Assembly: GCA_052386995.1 (NCBI GenBank)
Contig: JBQTJP010000278.1
Span: 1 to 24,988 of the forward strand
Direction of reading: 5' to 3'
Length of the DNA: 24,988 bases
DNA from: Armatimonadota bacterium
Lineage (GTDB): Bacteria; Sysuimicrobiota; Sysuimicrobiia; Sysuimicrobiales; Humicultoraceae
This document shows positions 1 to 9,519 of the stretch, one piece after another. How positions within the stretch are numbered: the first letter of the stretch is position 1; every line of letters starts with the position of its first letter. The notes below the pieces were generated by a model. The model was not told the origin of the DNA. It was given only the letters and a program-made list of their open reading frames with translations, and made no database searches. A program made the translations under genes and the position numbers.

Positions 1-194
1 CGTGCATCTCGCATGATCTGCCGAAGCAGGCCGCGTCCGAGGTCCCGCGCCTTGTGGAGCGGGACGGTCGTTCGACGCCCGTCGGGGTGCTTTAGGAGAA
101 CGTGACTGCCGCTCTGTCTCACCTGGACAAACCCATGCCGCCGGAGGATCCCGAGAATCTCCAGTGCCGTGAGTACCGGCAGTCTGGAGGTCAT
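1..194 (-). CDS. hicA: HicA-family mRNA interferase toxin (3' end truncated by window edge)
   Basis: Manual translation from ATG at 194: MTSRLPVLTALEILGILRRHGFVQVRQSGSHVLLKHPDGRRTTVPLHKARDLGRGLLRQIMRDA... It has the HicA GF-xx-VRQ-x-GSH motif and the TTVPxH...DLxxG pattern. The start overlaps the hicB stop (ATGA). Not in the supplied ORF track. Confidence 0.9.
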   Translation of the reverse strand, partial: MTSRLPVLTALEILGILRRHGFVQVRQSGSHVLLKHPDGRRTTVPLHKARDLGRGLLRQIMRDA

Positions 195-412
195 ACTGCC
201 ACGCGAATCTTGGTGGCACCGACCTCCTCATAAATCGGCTCGCCCGAGGCCAGCCGGTCCTCTACGTGGAGGCGAATGGCGTCTGTGATCAGTTCCCGGG
301 CTTCCTCTTCGGTCTCCCCTTCCGTGTAGCATCCTTGGAGGCCCGGGCAGATGGCCACGAAGCGGCCGTCCTCATCCCGCTCGATGACCACGGTGAACTC
401 GTACTCGGCCAT
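191..412 (-). CDS. hicB: HicB-family antitoxin, short form (partial RNase H fold only)
   Basis: 73 aa with the pattern FTVVIERDEDGRFVAICPGLQGCYTEGETEEEARELITDAI. SD AAGGAG upstream (425-430). Coupled to hicA. Confidence 0.88.
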   Translation of the reverse strand: MAEYEFTVVIERDEDGRFVAICPGLQGCYTEGETEEEARELITDAIRLHVEDRLASGEPIYEEVGATKIRVAV

Positions 413-475
413 GTTTGTGCCCTTCTCCTTCCGGGTGGTATCGTCGCTCTACGGAAGATACCTTCCTTTGAAGTC

Positions 476-481
476 ATTATA
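476..481 (-). promoter_or_regulatory. Candidate -10 element (TATAAT) for hicB-hicA
   Basis: Perfect TATAAT on the minus strand about 64 nt upstream of the hicB ATG in GC-rich DNA. No recognisable -35. Confidence 0.45.
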
Positions 482-597
482 GCGCCCGGGGCGTGGCCGT
501 CGCTCCGATCTCCTGGTGGGAAACCCGCTGATCGCCCCGAGGGCAGGAGATGCTCTCGGCATAAGAGAAGGGCACGTCCCCGAAGCCGGAGGGGACC

Positions 598-1590
598 GTG
601 CAGCTCGGACGCCTGCCTCGCCTCAAAGTCGCCGCTCTTCCCACGCCGCTCGAGGAGGCACCGTCGCTGTCTGCGTATCTGGGCGGCCCGCGCGTCATGA
701 TCAAGCGCGACGATATCACCGGCCTCGCGTTTGGCGGCAACAAGGTTCGCAAGATCGAGTATCTGATGGGCGAAGCCGTCGACCGCGGATGTGATGTGGT
801 CGTGACGGTCGGAGCCGTGCAGTCCAACCACGCCCGCGTGGCCGCGGCCGCGGCGCGGCGCCTCGGTCTTGACGCCGTCGTGGTCCTCAACGGCGAGGAG
901 CCTCCGCAACGGCAGGGGAATCTGCTGCTCGACGCGATTTTCGGCGCCGAGATCCGCATCGTGAACACCGACGATGAGTATGTCGTCATGGGCGTCGTCG
1001 AGGACATCGCGCGGGATCTTCAGCGCAAAGGCCGCAACCCGTACGTGATCCCGCGCGGCGGCGCCACGGCCCTGGGGGCCGCCGCCTTTGTCAACGCGGG
1101 ACTCGAGCTCCTGGACCAGCTCAACACCCGCGGTATCCGCGCCGATGCGATCGTTCACGCGAGCACGTCCGGGGGCACCCAGGCCGGGCTGTACACCTCG
1201 ATGAAGGTGACGCAGTCGGGCATCCGGATCGTGGGCGTCAGCGCCGGGCCGCGCCGCGATACCGTCACCACCCGCGTGTGGGGGCTGGTCGAGGAACTCA
1301 CCAGGCTCCTGGGGCTTGACTGGCGCCCGCATCCTGATGATATCGTCGTGACGGACGAGTACGTCGGCGACCGGTACGGCGTGCCGACGCCGGCCGGCCT
1401 GGATGCCATCCGGCTGGTGGCTCGCACCGAGGGGATACTGCTCGACCCCGTGTACACCGGCAAGGCCATGGCCGGGCTGATCGACATGGTCCGGGACCGG
1501 CAGTTCGCTCCGGACCAGACGGTCGTGTTCTGGCATACCGGCGGCCAGCCGGCGATCTTCGCCTATGCCGGGTGGCTTGCCGAAGGATGA
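598..1590 (+). CDS. D-cysteine desulfhydrase family PLP enzyme (ACC deaminase/DcyD superfamily)
   Basis: KRDD, GGNKVRK (PLP lysine), QSNHAR, SGGTQAG, LDPVYTGKAM and HTGG motifs. Thr at both diagnostic positions, where true ACC deaminases have Glu (PVYEGK) and Leu (HLGG). GGAGG SD before GTG. Confidence 0.88.
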   Translation: MQLGRLPRLKVAALPTPLEEAPSLSAYLGGPRVMIKRDDITGLAFGGNKVRKIEYLMGEAVDRGCDVVVTVGAVQSNHARVAAAAARRLGLDAVVVLNGEEPPQRQGNLLLDAIFGAEIRIVNTDDEYVVMGVVEDIARDLQRKGRNPYVIPRGGATALGAAAFVNAGLELLDQLNTRGIRADAIVHASTSGGTQAGLYTSMKVTQSGIRIVGVSAGPRRDTVTTRVWGLVEELTRLLGLDWRPHPDDIVVTDEYVGDRYGVPTPAGLDAIRLVARTEGILLDPVYTGKAMAGLIDMVRDRQFAPDQTVVFWHTGGQPAIFAYAGWLAEG

Positions 1591-1654
1591 ATTGGGCAGG
1601 TATCAGAAGGATAAAAGAACGTCGAGGGATTTGAGGACCGTCGGAGGCCCACTG

Positions 1655-2413
1655 ATGCGACCCACACTTGCCGTCAGACACCGAGGCCTGCAGAGCGCGG
1701 GAATGCGCATCGGTCTCGGTCTGGCCGCTATCGTGGCGCTGGCCGCAATTCCGGCCCTCGCCGACGAGGCACTGCTCCGGCGCGCATTCGGCACGTTCAT
1801 GCGGTCGGCCGATGAGCTGCGCATCGAGGCGATTCCCGACCTGTACGAAGGCGGATACGCGCGCATCACCGCGGTGGGCAAGCGGGTCGTCTTGATCGAC
1901 GGCATGCGGGTCGATGAGGCAATGGTCAACCTGGTCGGCGTGAGCCTCGACCCGGTGGCGCTCCACTCCGGGACGCTGAAGGTGCTCGACTTCCGCGACA
2001 GCGCGTTTCATGCCAGGGTGCTCTTGCGCAGCATTCAGGAGTACTTCAACGCCAACCGGCTCATCGATGACATGCGACTGTGGGTCGAGGACGGATACCT
2101 GCTGGGAACGGGGACAGTCAACTTTCGAGGTCAGGCGACGCGGATGCGGATGAAAGGATTCTTCGCCGTGTCCGGAACGACCGAGGTCTGGTTTTACTTC
2201 GAGACCCTCCATGCCAACAACCTGCCGATGCCTGTCTCGATCATCCGCGACCTCGAGCGCCAGATCAATCCGATCGTCCGCCAGGAGACCTGGCCCGTGA
2301 CGTTCAAGATCCGCTCGCTGCGCCTGGATGGTCAGTCGCTCTCGCTGTCGAGTCGCAGCGACGGAACCTGTCCGACCTGCGGTGGGGGCAACCAGCCCAT
2401 CTACAACCCGTGA
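1655..2413 (+). CDS. Exported protein, probably LmeA/DUF2993-like lipid-binding family
   Basis: GGAGG at 1643-1647 before ATG 1655. N-terminal hydrophobic signal-like segment ending in AIPALA. The beta-rich pattern ending INPIV...WPVTFKIRSLRLDGQSLSLS resembles DUF2993. The stop overlaps the next GTG. Confidence 0.55.
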   Translation: MRPTLAVRHRGLQSAGMRIGLGLAAIVALAAIPALADEALLRRAFGTFMRSADELRIEAIPDLYEGGYARITAVGKRVVLIDGMRVDEAMVNLVGVSLDPVALHSGTLKVLDFRDSAFHARVLLRSIQEYFNANRLIDDMRLWVEDGYLLGTGTVNFRGQATRMRMKGFFAVSGTTEVWFYFETLHANNLPMPVSIIRDLERQINPIVRQETWPVTFKIRSLRLDGQSLSLSSRSDGTCPTCGGGNQPIYNP

Positions 2414-3162
2414 CGCGCTCCCGACCGCGCATCCTGGTCACAGCCAGGCGGCCGCAGCTTGGCGCCGACACCAACACGATCGACCGGGTCGCCCGGTCCA
2501 TCCAGTACTATACCGATGCCGTGCGGGATGCCGGCGGGGAGCCAATCGTCGTGCGGGCGGGCGATTCGATGCCGGCCGACTATGATGGGCTGCTGCTTTC
2601 CGGTGGGGCCGACGTCCATCCCCGGTATTACGGCGAGACTATCGACGAGTCGGTGCGGGAGACGCTCACGATCGATGACGCCCGAGACGCCATGGAGATG
2701 ACGCTGGCCCGCGCCGCGCTCGACGCGGATCTTCCCACGCTGTGCATCTGCCGCGGAATCCAGCTCATCAACGTCGCGGCGGGTGGCACGCTCTGGCAGG
2801 ATCTCTCACTGGCCACCGTCGATCCCAAGGAGCATTTTCAGGAGGGGCGCCTGGAGACCTGGGAGGTCGCCCACAACGTCGCCGTCGATGCGGGGACGCG
2901 GCTGGCAGACGTGATCGGCGACGGCCCAATCGGCGTGAACACGTACCATCACCAGGCCGTCAAAGACCCCGCACCGGGATTCCGCGTCGCGGCGCGCGCG
3001 GGTGATGGCACGGTGGAGGCCATCGAGAGCGATCGCCATCACTGCGTCATCGGCATCCAGTGGCACCCGGAGCGCATGGTCTCGCACCATCCGCTTCAAC
3101 GGCGCCTGTTCAGCCGGCTCGTGGAGGCGGCGCGCGCGCGGTCGCGGTCGCAAACAGCGTGA
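2410..3162 (+). CDS. Gamma-glutamyl-gamma-aminobutyrate hydrolase family (peptidase C26, class I glutamine amidotransferase-like)
   Basis: GLLLSGGADV, ICRGIQ (catalytic Cys), HHQAV and QWHPE (His-Glu) motifs. GTG start in a GTGA overlap. The ORF-track start at 2080 is over-extended. Confidence 0.9.
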   Translation: MTRSRPRILVTARRPQLGADTNTIDRVARSIQYYTDAVRDAGGEPIVVRAGDSMPADYDGLLLSGGADVHPRYYGETIDESVRETLTIDDARDAMEMTLARAALDADLPTLCICRGIQLINVAAGGTLWQDLSLATVDPKEHFQEGRLETWEVAHNVAVDAGTRLADVIGDGPIGVNTYHHQAVKDPAPGFRVAARAGDGTVEAIESDRHHCVIGIQWHPERMVSHHPLQRRLFSRLVEAARARSRSQTA

Positions 3163-4499
3163 TGCGGCCGGTCTGGTTATTGCTGCTGCTCGGGCTCGCG
3201 GTCGTCGCCGCCGCGACCGGCGAGGCGGGTCAGCCCCGGCCACAAGCGGGTCCCGCGGCGCGAGCGGTCTACAGCATCACGATCGACGGGACAATCGCCC
3301 CGTCCACGGCCCGGTTCATCCAGCGCGCCATCAATGAGGCCCAAGCTGAGGATGCCGAAGCGCTCGTCGTGGCGCTCGACACGCCCGGCGGCCTCTTGAA
3401 ATCCACCGATGATATTACGAAGGCAATCCTGAATGCCCGCGTGCCGGTCATCGTCTACATCGCGCCGCGCGGGGCACGTGCGGCGTCGGCGGGCGTCTTC
3501 ATTACCTATGCGGCGCACATCGCCGCCATGGCGCCGGCGACGCACCTGGGCGCAGCCACCCCGGTCTCGATGGGCGGGGGCGAGCGCCAGAGCGAGCAGG
3601 ATCGGACACTCATGACCAAGGTGACCAACGATGCCGTCGCCAACATCCGTGCCATGGCGCGGCGCCGCGGCCGCAACCCCGACTGGGGCGAGAAGGCGGT
3701 CCGCGAAGCGGTCTCGATTACCGAGGAGGAAGCGCTCAAGCTCAACGTGATCAACCTGATCGCGGAAGATACCGGCGATCTCCTGCGCAAGCTCGACGGC
3801 CGGACCGTGGACACCGATCGCGGCCCGGCGCGGCTTCGAACCGCCGGCGCGCGCGTCGTCAACCGCGGGATGGACGTCACCGAGCGCTTCCTCGCGCTGC
3901 TCGCCGATCCGAACATCGGCTTCATCTTGATGAACGTGGGGATTCTGGGGATCATGGTCGAGCTGTACAATCCGGGGGCCATTCTCCCCGGAGTGGTGGG
4001 TGGGATCGCGCTCATCCTGGGGCTGGCGTCGTTCGCCATTCTCCAGGTGAACGCCGCCGGGTTGCTGCTCATCGCGTTCGCCCTCCTGTTATTTATCGCG
4101 GACATCAAGGTGCCCGGGCACGGCGTGCTCACCGTCGGCGGGGTGATCGCGTTCATCTTCGGCGCGATCCTGCTGACCGAGCGCCAGGCGCCGGTGCTGC
4201 AGATCTCGCTGCGGTTGATCATCGGCGTCGCCGCCGTCCTGGCCGGCTTCTTCCTGTTCGCGGTCGGCGCCGGGATCCGCGCCCAGAAGGGCGTCGCACA
4301 CGTGGGTGGTGAGCGGCTGGCGGGGGCGGTCGGCATTGCCCGATCACGCCTCGATCCTGAGGGCGTGGTCCATGTCCAGGGCGAGATGTGGACGGCCGTC
4401 GCCGTGGACGGACCGATCGACGACGGCCAGCCGGTGCGGGTCGTGGCGCTCGATGGGCTGCGCCTCCGTGTGAAGCCCGAGCCGCGCGCGTCGGCGTAG
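3162..4499 (+). CDS. nfeD: NfeD family membrane-bound ClpP-class serine protease (long form)
   Basis: Signal peptide, LDTPGG, AASAG (catalytic Ser), GAATPV and RGRN motifs, a multi-helix membrane domain and a C-terminal OB-fold (G-x-V-x-V-x-GE-x-W-x-A). Confidence 0.9.
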   Translation: MRPVWLLLLLGLAVVAAATGEAGQPRPQAGPAARAVYSITIDGTIAPSTARFIQRAINEAQAEDAEALVVALDTPGGLLKSTDDITKAILNARVPVIVYIAPRGARAASAGVFITYAAHIAAMAPATHLGAATPVSMGGGERQSEQDRTLMTKVTNDAVANIRAMARRRGRNPDWGEKAVREAVSITEEEALKLNVINLIAEDTGDLLRKLDGRTVDTDRGPARLRTAGARVVNRGMDVTERFLALLADPNIGFILMNVGILGIMVELYNPGAILPGVVGGIALILGLASFAILQVNAAGLLLIAFALLLFIADIKVPGHGVLTVGGVIAFIFGAILLTERQAPVLQISLRLIIGVAAVLAGFFLFAVGAGIRAQKGVAHVGGERLAGAVGIARSRLDPEGVVHVQGEMWTAVAVDGPIDDGQPVRVVALDGLRLRVKPEPRASA

Positions 4500-4517
4500 C
4501 ATCAGCTCGTCCTCGCG

Positions 4518-4994
4518 TTGCCCGTCGCTCCCCAACCCACGGTCGTCAGCACGCATTCCCCGGAAGCCACCGAAGCGTTCGGACGGCGCGTGGGCAGCCG
4601 GCTGCGCGCGGGCGATGTCGTCGCGCTCATTGGACCGCTCGGCTCGGGCAAGACGGTTCTCGCCCGTGGGATCGCGCTGGGCGTGGGTGTGACAGGGTAC
4701 ATCGCCAGCCCGTCGTTCGTGCTCATCCGACAGTACGACGGCCCGATCCGTGTCTATCACATCGATCTGTACCGGCTCGAGCGCCGCGACGAAGTGGACT
4801 ACCTCGGCCTGGACGATCTCATCGAGGGGGGCGGAATCGCGGTCGTGGAATGGGCCGACCGCGCGCCGTGGATCCTTCCGCCGGATTACCTGTTGATCGC
4901 CTGCGCCGCTGGGCCAGACGCCCAGACCCGCGTGTTCACCCTGACGGTCCCGGCCGCGATGCGCGAGCGGCTGGCGCCGGCCCTGGCGGAGTAG
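4518..4994 (+). CDS. tsaE: tRNA t6A biosynthesis ATPase TsaE
   Basis: Walker A GPLGSGKT, SPSF, HIDLYRL and VEW motifs. Adjacent to tsaB. The exact start (TTG) is uncertain. Confidence 0.93.
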   Translation: MPVAPQPTVVSTHSPEATEAFGRRVGSRLRAGDVVALIGPLGSGKTVLARGIALGVGVTGYIASPSFVLIRQYDGPIRVYHIDLYRLERRDEVDYLGLDDLIEGGGIAVVEWADRAPWILPPDYLLIACAAGPDAQTRVFTLTVPAAMRERLAPALAE

Positions 4995-4998
4995 CACG

Positions 4999-5718
4999 AT
5001 GCGCGTGCTCTCGATCGAGACCGCGACGCCGCACGCGAGCGTCGCCGTTGTGGCAGCGGAGGGCATCCTCGCCGAGCATTCCGCGCGCGTTGCCGGGGAG
5101 CACCTCGAGTGGCTCATGGGCGCGATCCGCGCAACGCTCGCCGACGCCGGACTGACCGTCGACGGTATCGACGGCATCGTCGCCTCGCTGGGTCCGGGTG
5201 GCTTCATGGGCCTTCGGGTCGGCCTGATGACTGCGTCCACATGGGCGATGACCGCGGGCCGACCAATCATCGGCATCTCCACCTTGGAGGTGATTGCGGC
5301 GGGAGTCCCGGACCAGGATAGTCCCATCGCGTCAGCGGGCCTCGTGCTCGCCGCGATCGACGCCCGCCGCGGGGAGATCGCCGCCGCGCTGTTCCGCCGT
5401 CAGGCATCGGGCTCTGGCGCCGCGCCCGAGCGACTGACTCACGACACGCTCGCCTCACCATCCGAGATTGGCGATTGCCTTCCGGCGATCACGGAACCGA
5501 TCATCGTGGCCGGAGACGCGCTTGAACGCCATCAGCCGGCGATCTTGGCGGCGCTCGCGCCCTGGGCCACTCCTGCGCCGCTCGGGCACTGGTGGCCCCG
5601 TGCGTCCGTAGGCGGCGTGCTGGGCCGGATCCGGCTGGTCCGGGGCGAACGCGATGACCCGCTGCGCCTGGTCCCGCGCTATGCCCGCGAGCCTGACGCA
5701 AAGGAGTTTGCTCCATGA
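4999..5718 (+). CDS. tsaB: tRNA t6A biosynthesis protein TsaB
   Basis: VLSIETAT, H-x-E-x-L, GPGGFMGLRVG and IDARRGE motifs plus a C-terminal P-x-Y-x-R. Confidence 0.92.
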   Translation: MRVLSIETATPHASVAVVAAEGILAEHSARVAGEHLEWLMGAIRATLADAGLTVDGIDGIVASLGPGGFMGLRVGLMTASTWAMTAGRPIIGISTLEVIAAGVPDQDSPIASAGLVLAAIDARRGEIAAALFRRQASGSGAAPERLTHDTLASPSEIGDCLPAITEPIIVAGDALERHQPAILAALAPWATPAPLGHWWPRASVGGVLGRIRLVRGERDDPLRLVPRYAREPDAKEFAP

Positions 5719-5776
5719 CCTCAGTGAGCCGGGCAGGAAGGGCGCAGGCAATCCAGAAAAACTGGTCTGAGCAGCC

Positions 5777-6292
5777 GTGAAGCAGATCACCCGCGTCCGC
5801 GTTGAACCGATGACGCTTGATGATCTCGCGCGAGTGCGCGAGATTGAGCAAGAGGCCTTCGCCATCCCCTGGCCGAAGGACGCCTACCGCGCCGAGATCG
5901 AGGAGAATCAGGCCGCCTGCTACATCGTGGCCCGCGACGACGATGAGCAGATCGCCGGGTTCGCCGGCATGTGGGTGATGTTCGACGAAGCCCATATCAC
6001 GACGATCGCCGTCGATCGGCTCCGCCGTGGACAGCGTATCGGTGAGCGGCTGCTGCTGGGACTGATCGACCGGGCCCTGGCCCGCGGCGCCCGCTGGATG
6101 GCCCTCGAGGTCCGGCCGTCGAACACGGTCGCGCTCGCGCTCTACCACAAGTTCGGCTTCCGCGACGTGGCGCTGCGCAAGCGGTATTACAGCGACAACG
6201 GCGAGGACGCCCTGGTCATGTGGAGCGGCAACCTCCGGGACCCGGAGTCGCACGCCCGTCTCGACGCCGTGCGTCGCGACCTCGGGGAATAG
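5777..6292 (+). CDS. rimI: Ribosomal protein S18 alanine N-acetyltransferase RimI
   Basis: DEAHITTIAV, RRGQRIG (acetyl-CoA motif), LEVRPSN and RKRYYSDNGEDALVM motifs. Conserved tsaB-rimI-tsaD order. Start may be GTG 5777 or ATG 5810. Confidence 0.92.
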   Translation: MKQITRVRVEPMTLDDLARVREIEQEAFAIPWPKDAYRAEIEENQAACYIVARDDDEQIAGFAGMWVMFDEAHITTIAVDRLRRGQRIGERLLLGLIDRALARGARWMALEVRPSNTVALALYHKFGFRDVALRKRYYSDNGEDALVMWSGNLRDPESHARLDAVRRDLGE

Positions 6293-6306
6293 CCGGCGCG
6301 CACGAC

Positions 6307-7323
6307 ATGCGCGTCCTCGGCATCGAGACTTCCTGTGACGAGACCGCGGCGGCCGTCGTGGCAGATGGTCGCCGCATCTTGAGCAACATCGTCGCCTCGC
6401 AGGCTGCTCTCCACGAGCGCTATGGCGGTGTCGTCCCAGAGCTGGCCTCCCGCCGGCATCTCGAGCGCCTCCTGCCGGTCATTCAGCTCGCGCTGAGCCA
6501 GGCCGGCGTGGGCTGGGACGGCGTCGACGGCGTCGCCGTCACGCGCGGTCCGGGCCTGGTCGGCGCGCTCGCCGTGGGCGTGGCGGCCGCCAAGACGCTG
6601 GCCTTCGTCCACGATCTTCCCCTCATCGGCGTGAATCACCTGGAAGGGCACCTGTACGCCAATGTGATCGCGACCGGCCCGCCGCCGACGCCTGCGCTGG
6701 CGCTGATCGTCTCGGGCGCGCACACCGATCTGGTGCTCATCGAAGCCCCGCACCGCTACGTGATGCTTGGGCGCACGCGCGACGATGCGGCCGGTGAAGC
6801 CTTTGACAAGGTCGCCAGGGCGATGGGGCTGGGCTACCCAGGCGGCCCGGCATTGGATCGTCTCGGCCAGTCGGGCGATCCTGCGGCCGTCCCGCTGCCG
6901 GTACCGTTTGCGAACGGCGGGCTCGACTTCAGCTTCAGTGGGATCAAGACCGCGGCGCTGCGGGCCCTCGCCGCCCAGCCCGCGCTGAGCCAGGAGTACC
7001 TGGCCAACCTGGCGGCGTCGCTCCAGCGGGTCGTGGCCGAGGCGCTGGTGCGAAAACTCGTCCGCGCCGCGCGCGAGCACCGGCCGGCAGCGGTGCTGCT
7101 GGCGGGCGGCGTCGCGGCCAACACCGTGCTGCGGGCGCGCCTCCAGGCGGAGGCCAAAGACCTTGGGATCCCGGTGCTGATTCCGCCACTCGATCTGTGC
7201 ACGGACAACGCGGCCATGATCGCCGCCGCCGGGGCGTCCAGGCTCCAGCGGGGGTACCGGGACTCCTGGGCACTAGGCGTGGCCGCGGACCTGCCACTCG
7301 AAAATCCGCACCTGGGGGCTTGA
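6307..7323 (+). CDS. tsaD: tRNA N6-adenosine threonylcarbamoyltransferase TsaD
   Basis: MRVLGIETSCDET, GGVVPELASRRH, HLEGH, DDAAGEAFDK, FSFSG and DNAAMIA motifs. Confidence 0.97.
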   Translation: MRVLGIETSCDETAAAVVADGRRILSNIVASQAALHERYGGVVPELASRRHLERLLPVIQLALSQAGVGWDGVDGVAVTRGPGLVGALAVGVAAAKTLAFVHDLPLIGVNHLEGHLYANVIATGPPPTPALALIVSGAHTDLVLIEAPHRYVMLGRTRDDAAGEAFDKVARAMGLGYPGGPALDRLGQSGDPAAVPLPVPFANGGLDFSFSGIKTAALRALAAQPALSQEYLANLAASLQRVVAEALVRKLVRAAREHRPAAVLLAGGVAANTVLRARLQAEAKDLGIPVLIPPLDLCTDNAAMIAAAGASRLQRGYRDSWALGVAADLPLENPHLGA

Positions 7324-7348
7324 TCGCTCCCGCCTGCCCGCATAAGAT
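7320..7348 (+). promoter_or_regulatory. Housekeeping sigma-type promoter of groES-groEL
   Basis: TTGATC-N17-TAAGAT immediately upstream of the CIRCE. Confidence 0.65.
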
Positions 7349-7352
7349 TGGG

Positions 7353-7379
7353 ATAGCACTCTCCCATCGAGAGTGCTAA
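7353..7379. promoter_or_regulatory. CIRCE element (HrcA operator)
   Basis: ATAGCACTC-TCCCATCGA-GAGTGCTAA matches TTAGCACTC-N9-GAGTGCTAA with one mismatch and lies directly upstream of groES. Confidence 0.95.
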
Positions 7380-7412
7380 ATCCCCGATCACATACCGCAG
7401 GGAGGGCATAAG

Positions 7413-9352
<1,940 letters not shown>

Positions 9353-9375
9353 CGCGAGCATCAGCCGTTCGAAAC

Positions 9376-9415
9376 GTCGGGGAGGGGAGTTGACGGTTCC
9401 TCTCCTCGATTTTTT
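9376..9415 (+). terminator. Intrinsic terminator after groEL
   Basis: Stem GTCGGGGAGGGGAG / TTCCTCTCCTCGAT (with G-U pairs) followed by TTTTTT. Confidence 0.85.
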
Positions 9416-9435
9416 GGCCAGAGACCATCAACTCG

Positions 9436-9464
9436 TTGCAATCGTACGAAATTCATGATAGGTT
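9436..9464 (+). promoter_or_regulatory. Candidate promoter of the purine cluster
   Basis: TTGCAA-N17-TAGGTT with an extended -10 TGn, in an AT-richer intergenic stretch between the terminator and purD. Confidence 0.5.
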
Positions 9465-9519
9465 CTGGGCTGGGAACCTTCACTTTCCCCCTCCACTATG
9501 CAGAAAGACCGAACAAATC

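Noticed and set aside
516..545. Hammerhead ribozyme suggested by GAAAC and CTGAT
   Set aside because: CTGATCG does not match the CUGANGA core and the required stems are not present.
598..1590. ACC deaminase (acdS) assignment
   Set aside because: It has PVYTGK and HTGG rather than the PVYEGK and HLGG of true ACC deaminases.
9465..9519. Riboswitch (ZTP, purine, PRPP) in the purD leader
   Set aside because: The leader is short, has only a weak GGGAA/TTCCC hairpin, and shows no aptamer consensus.
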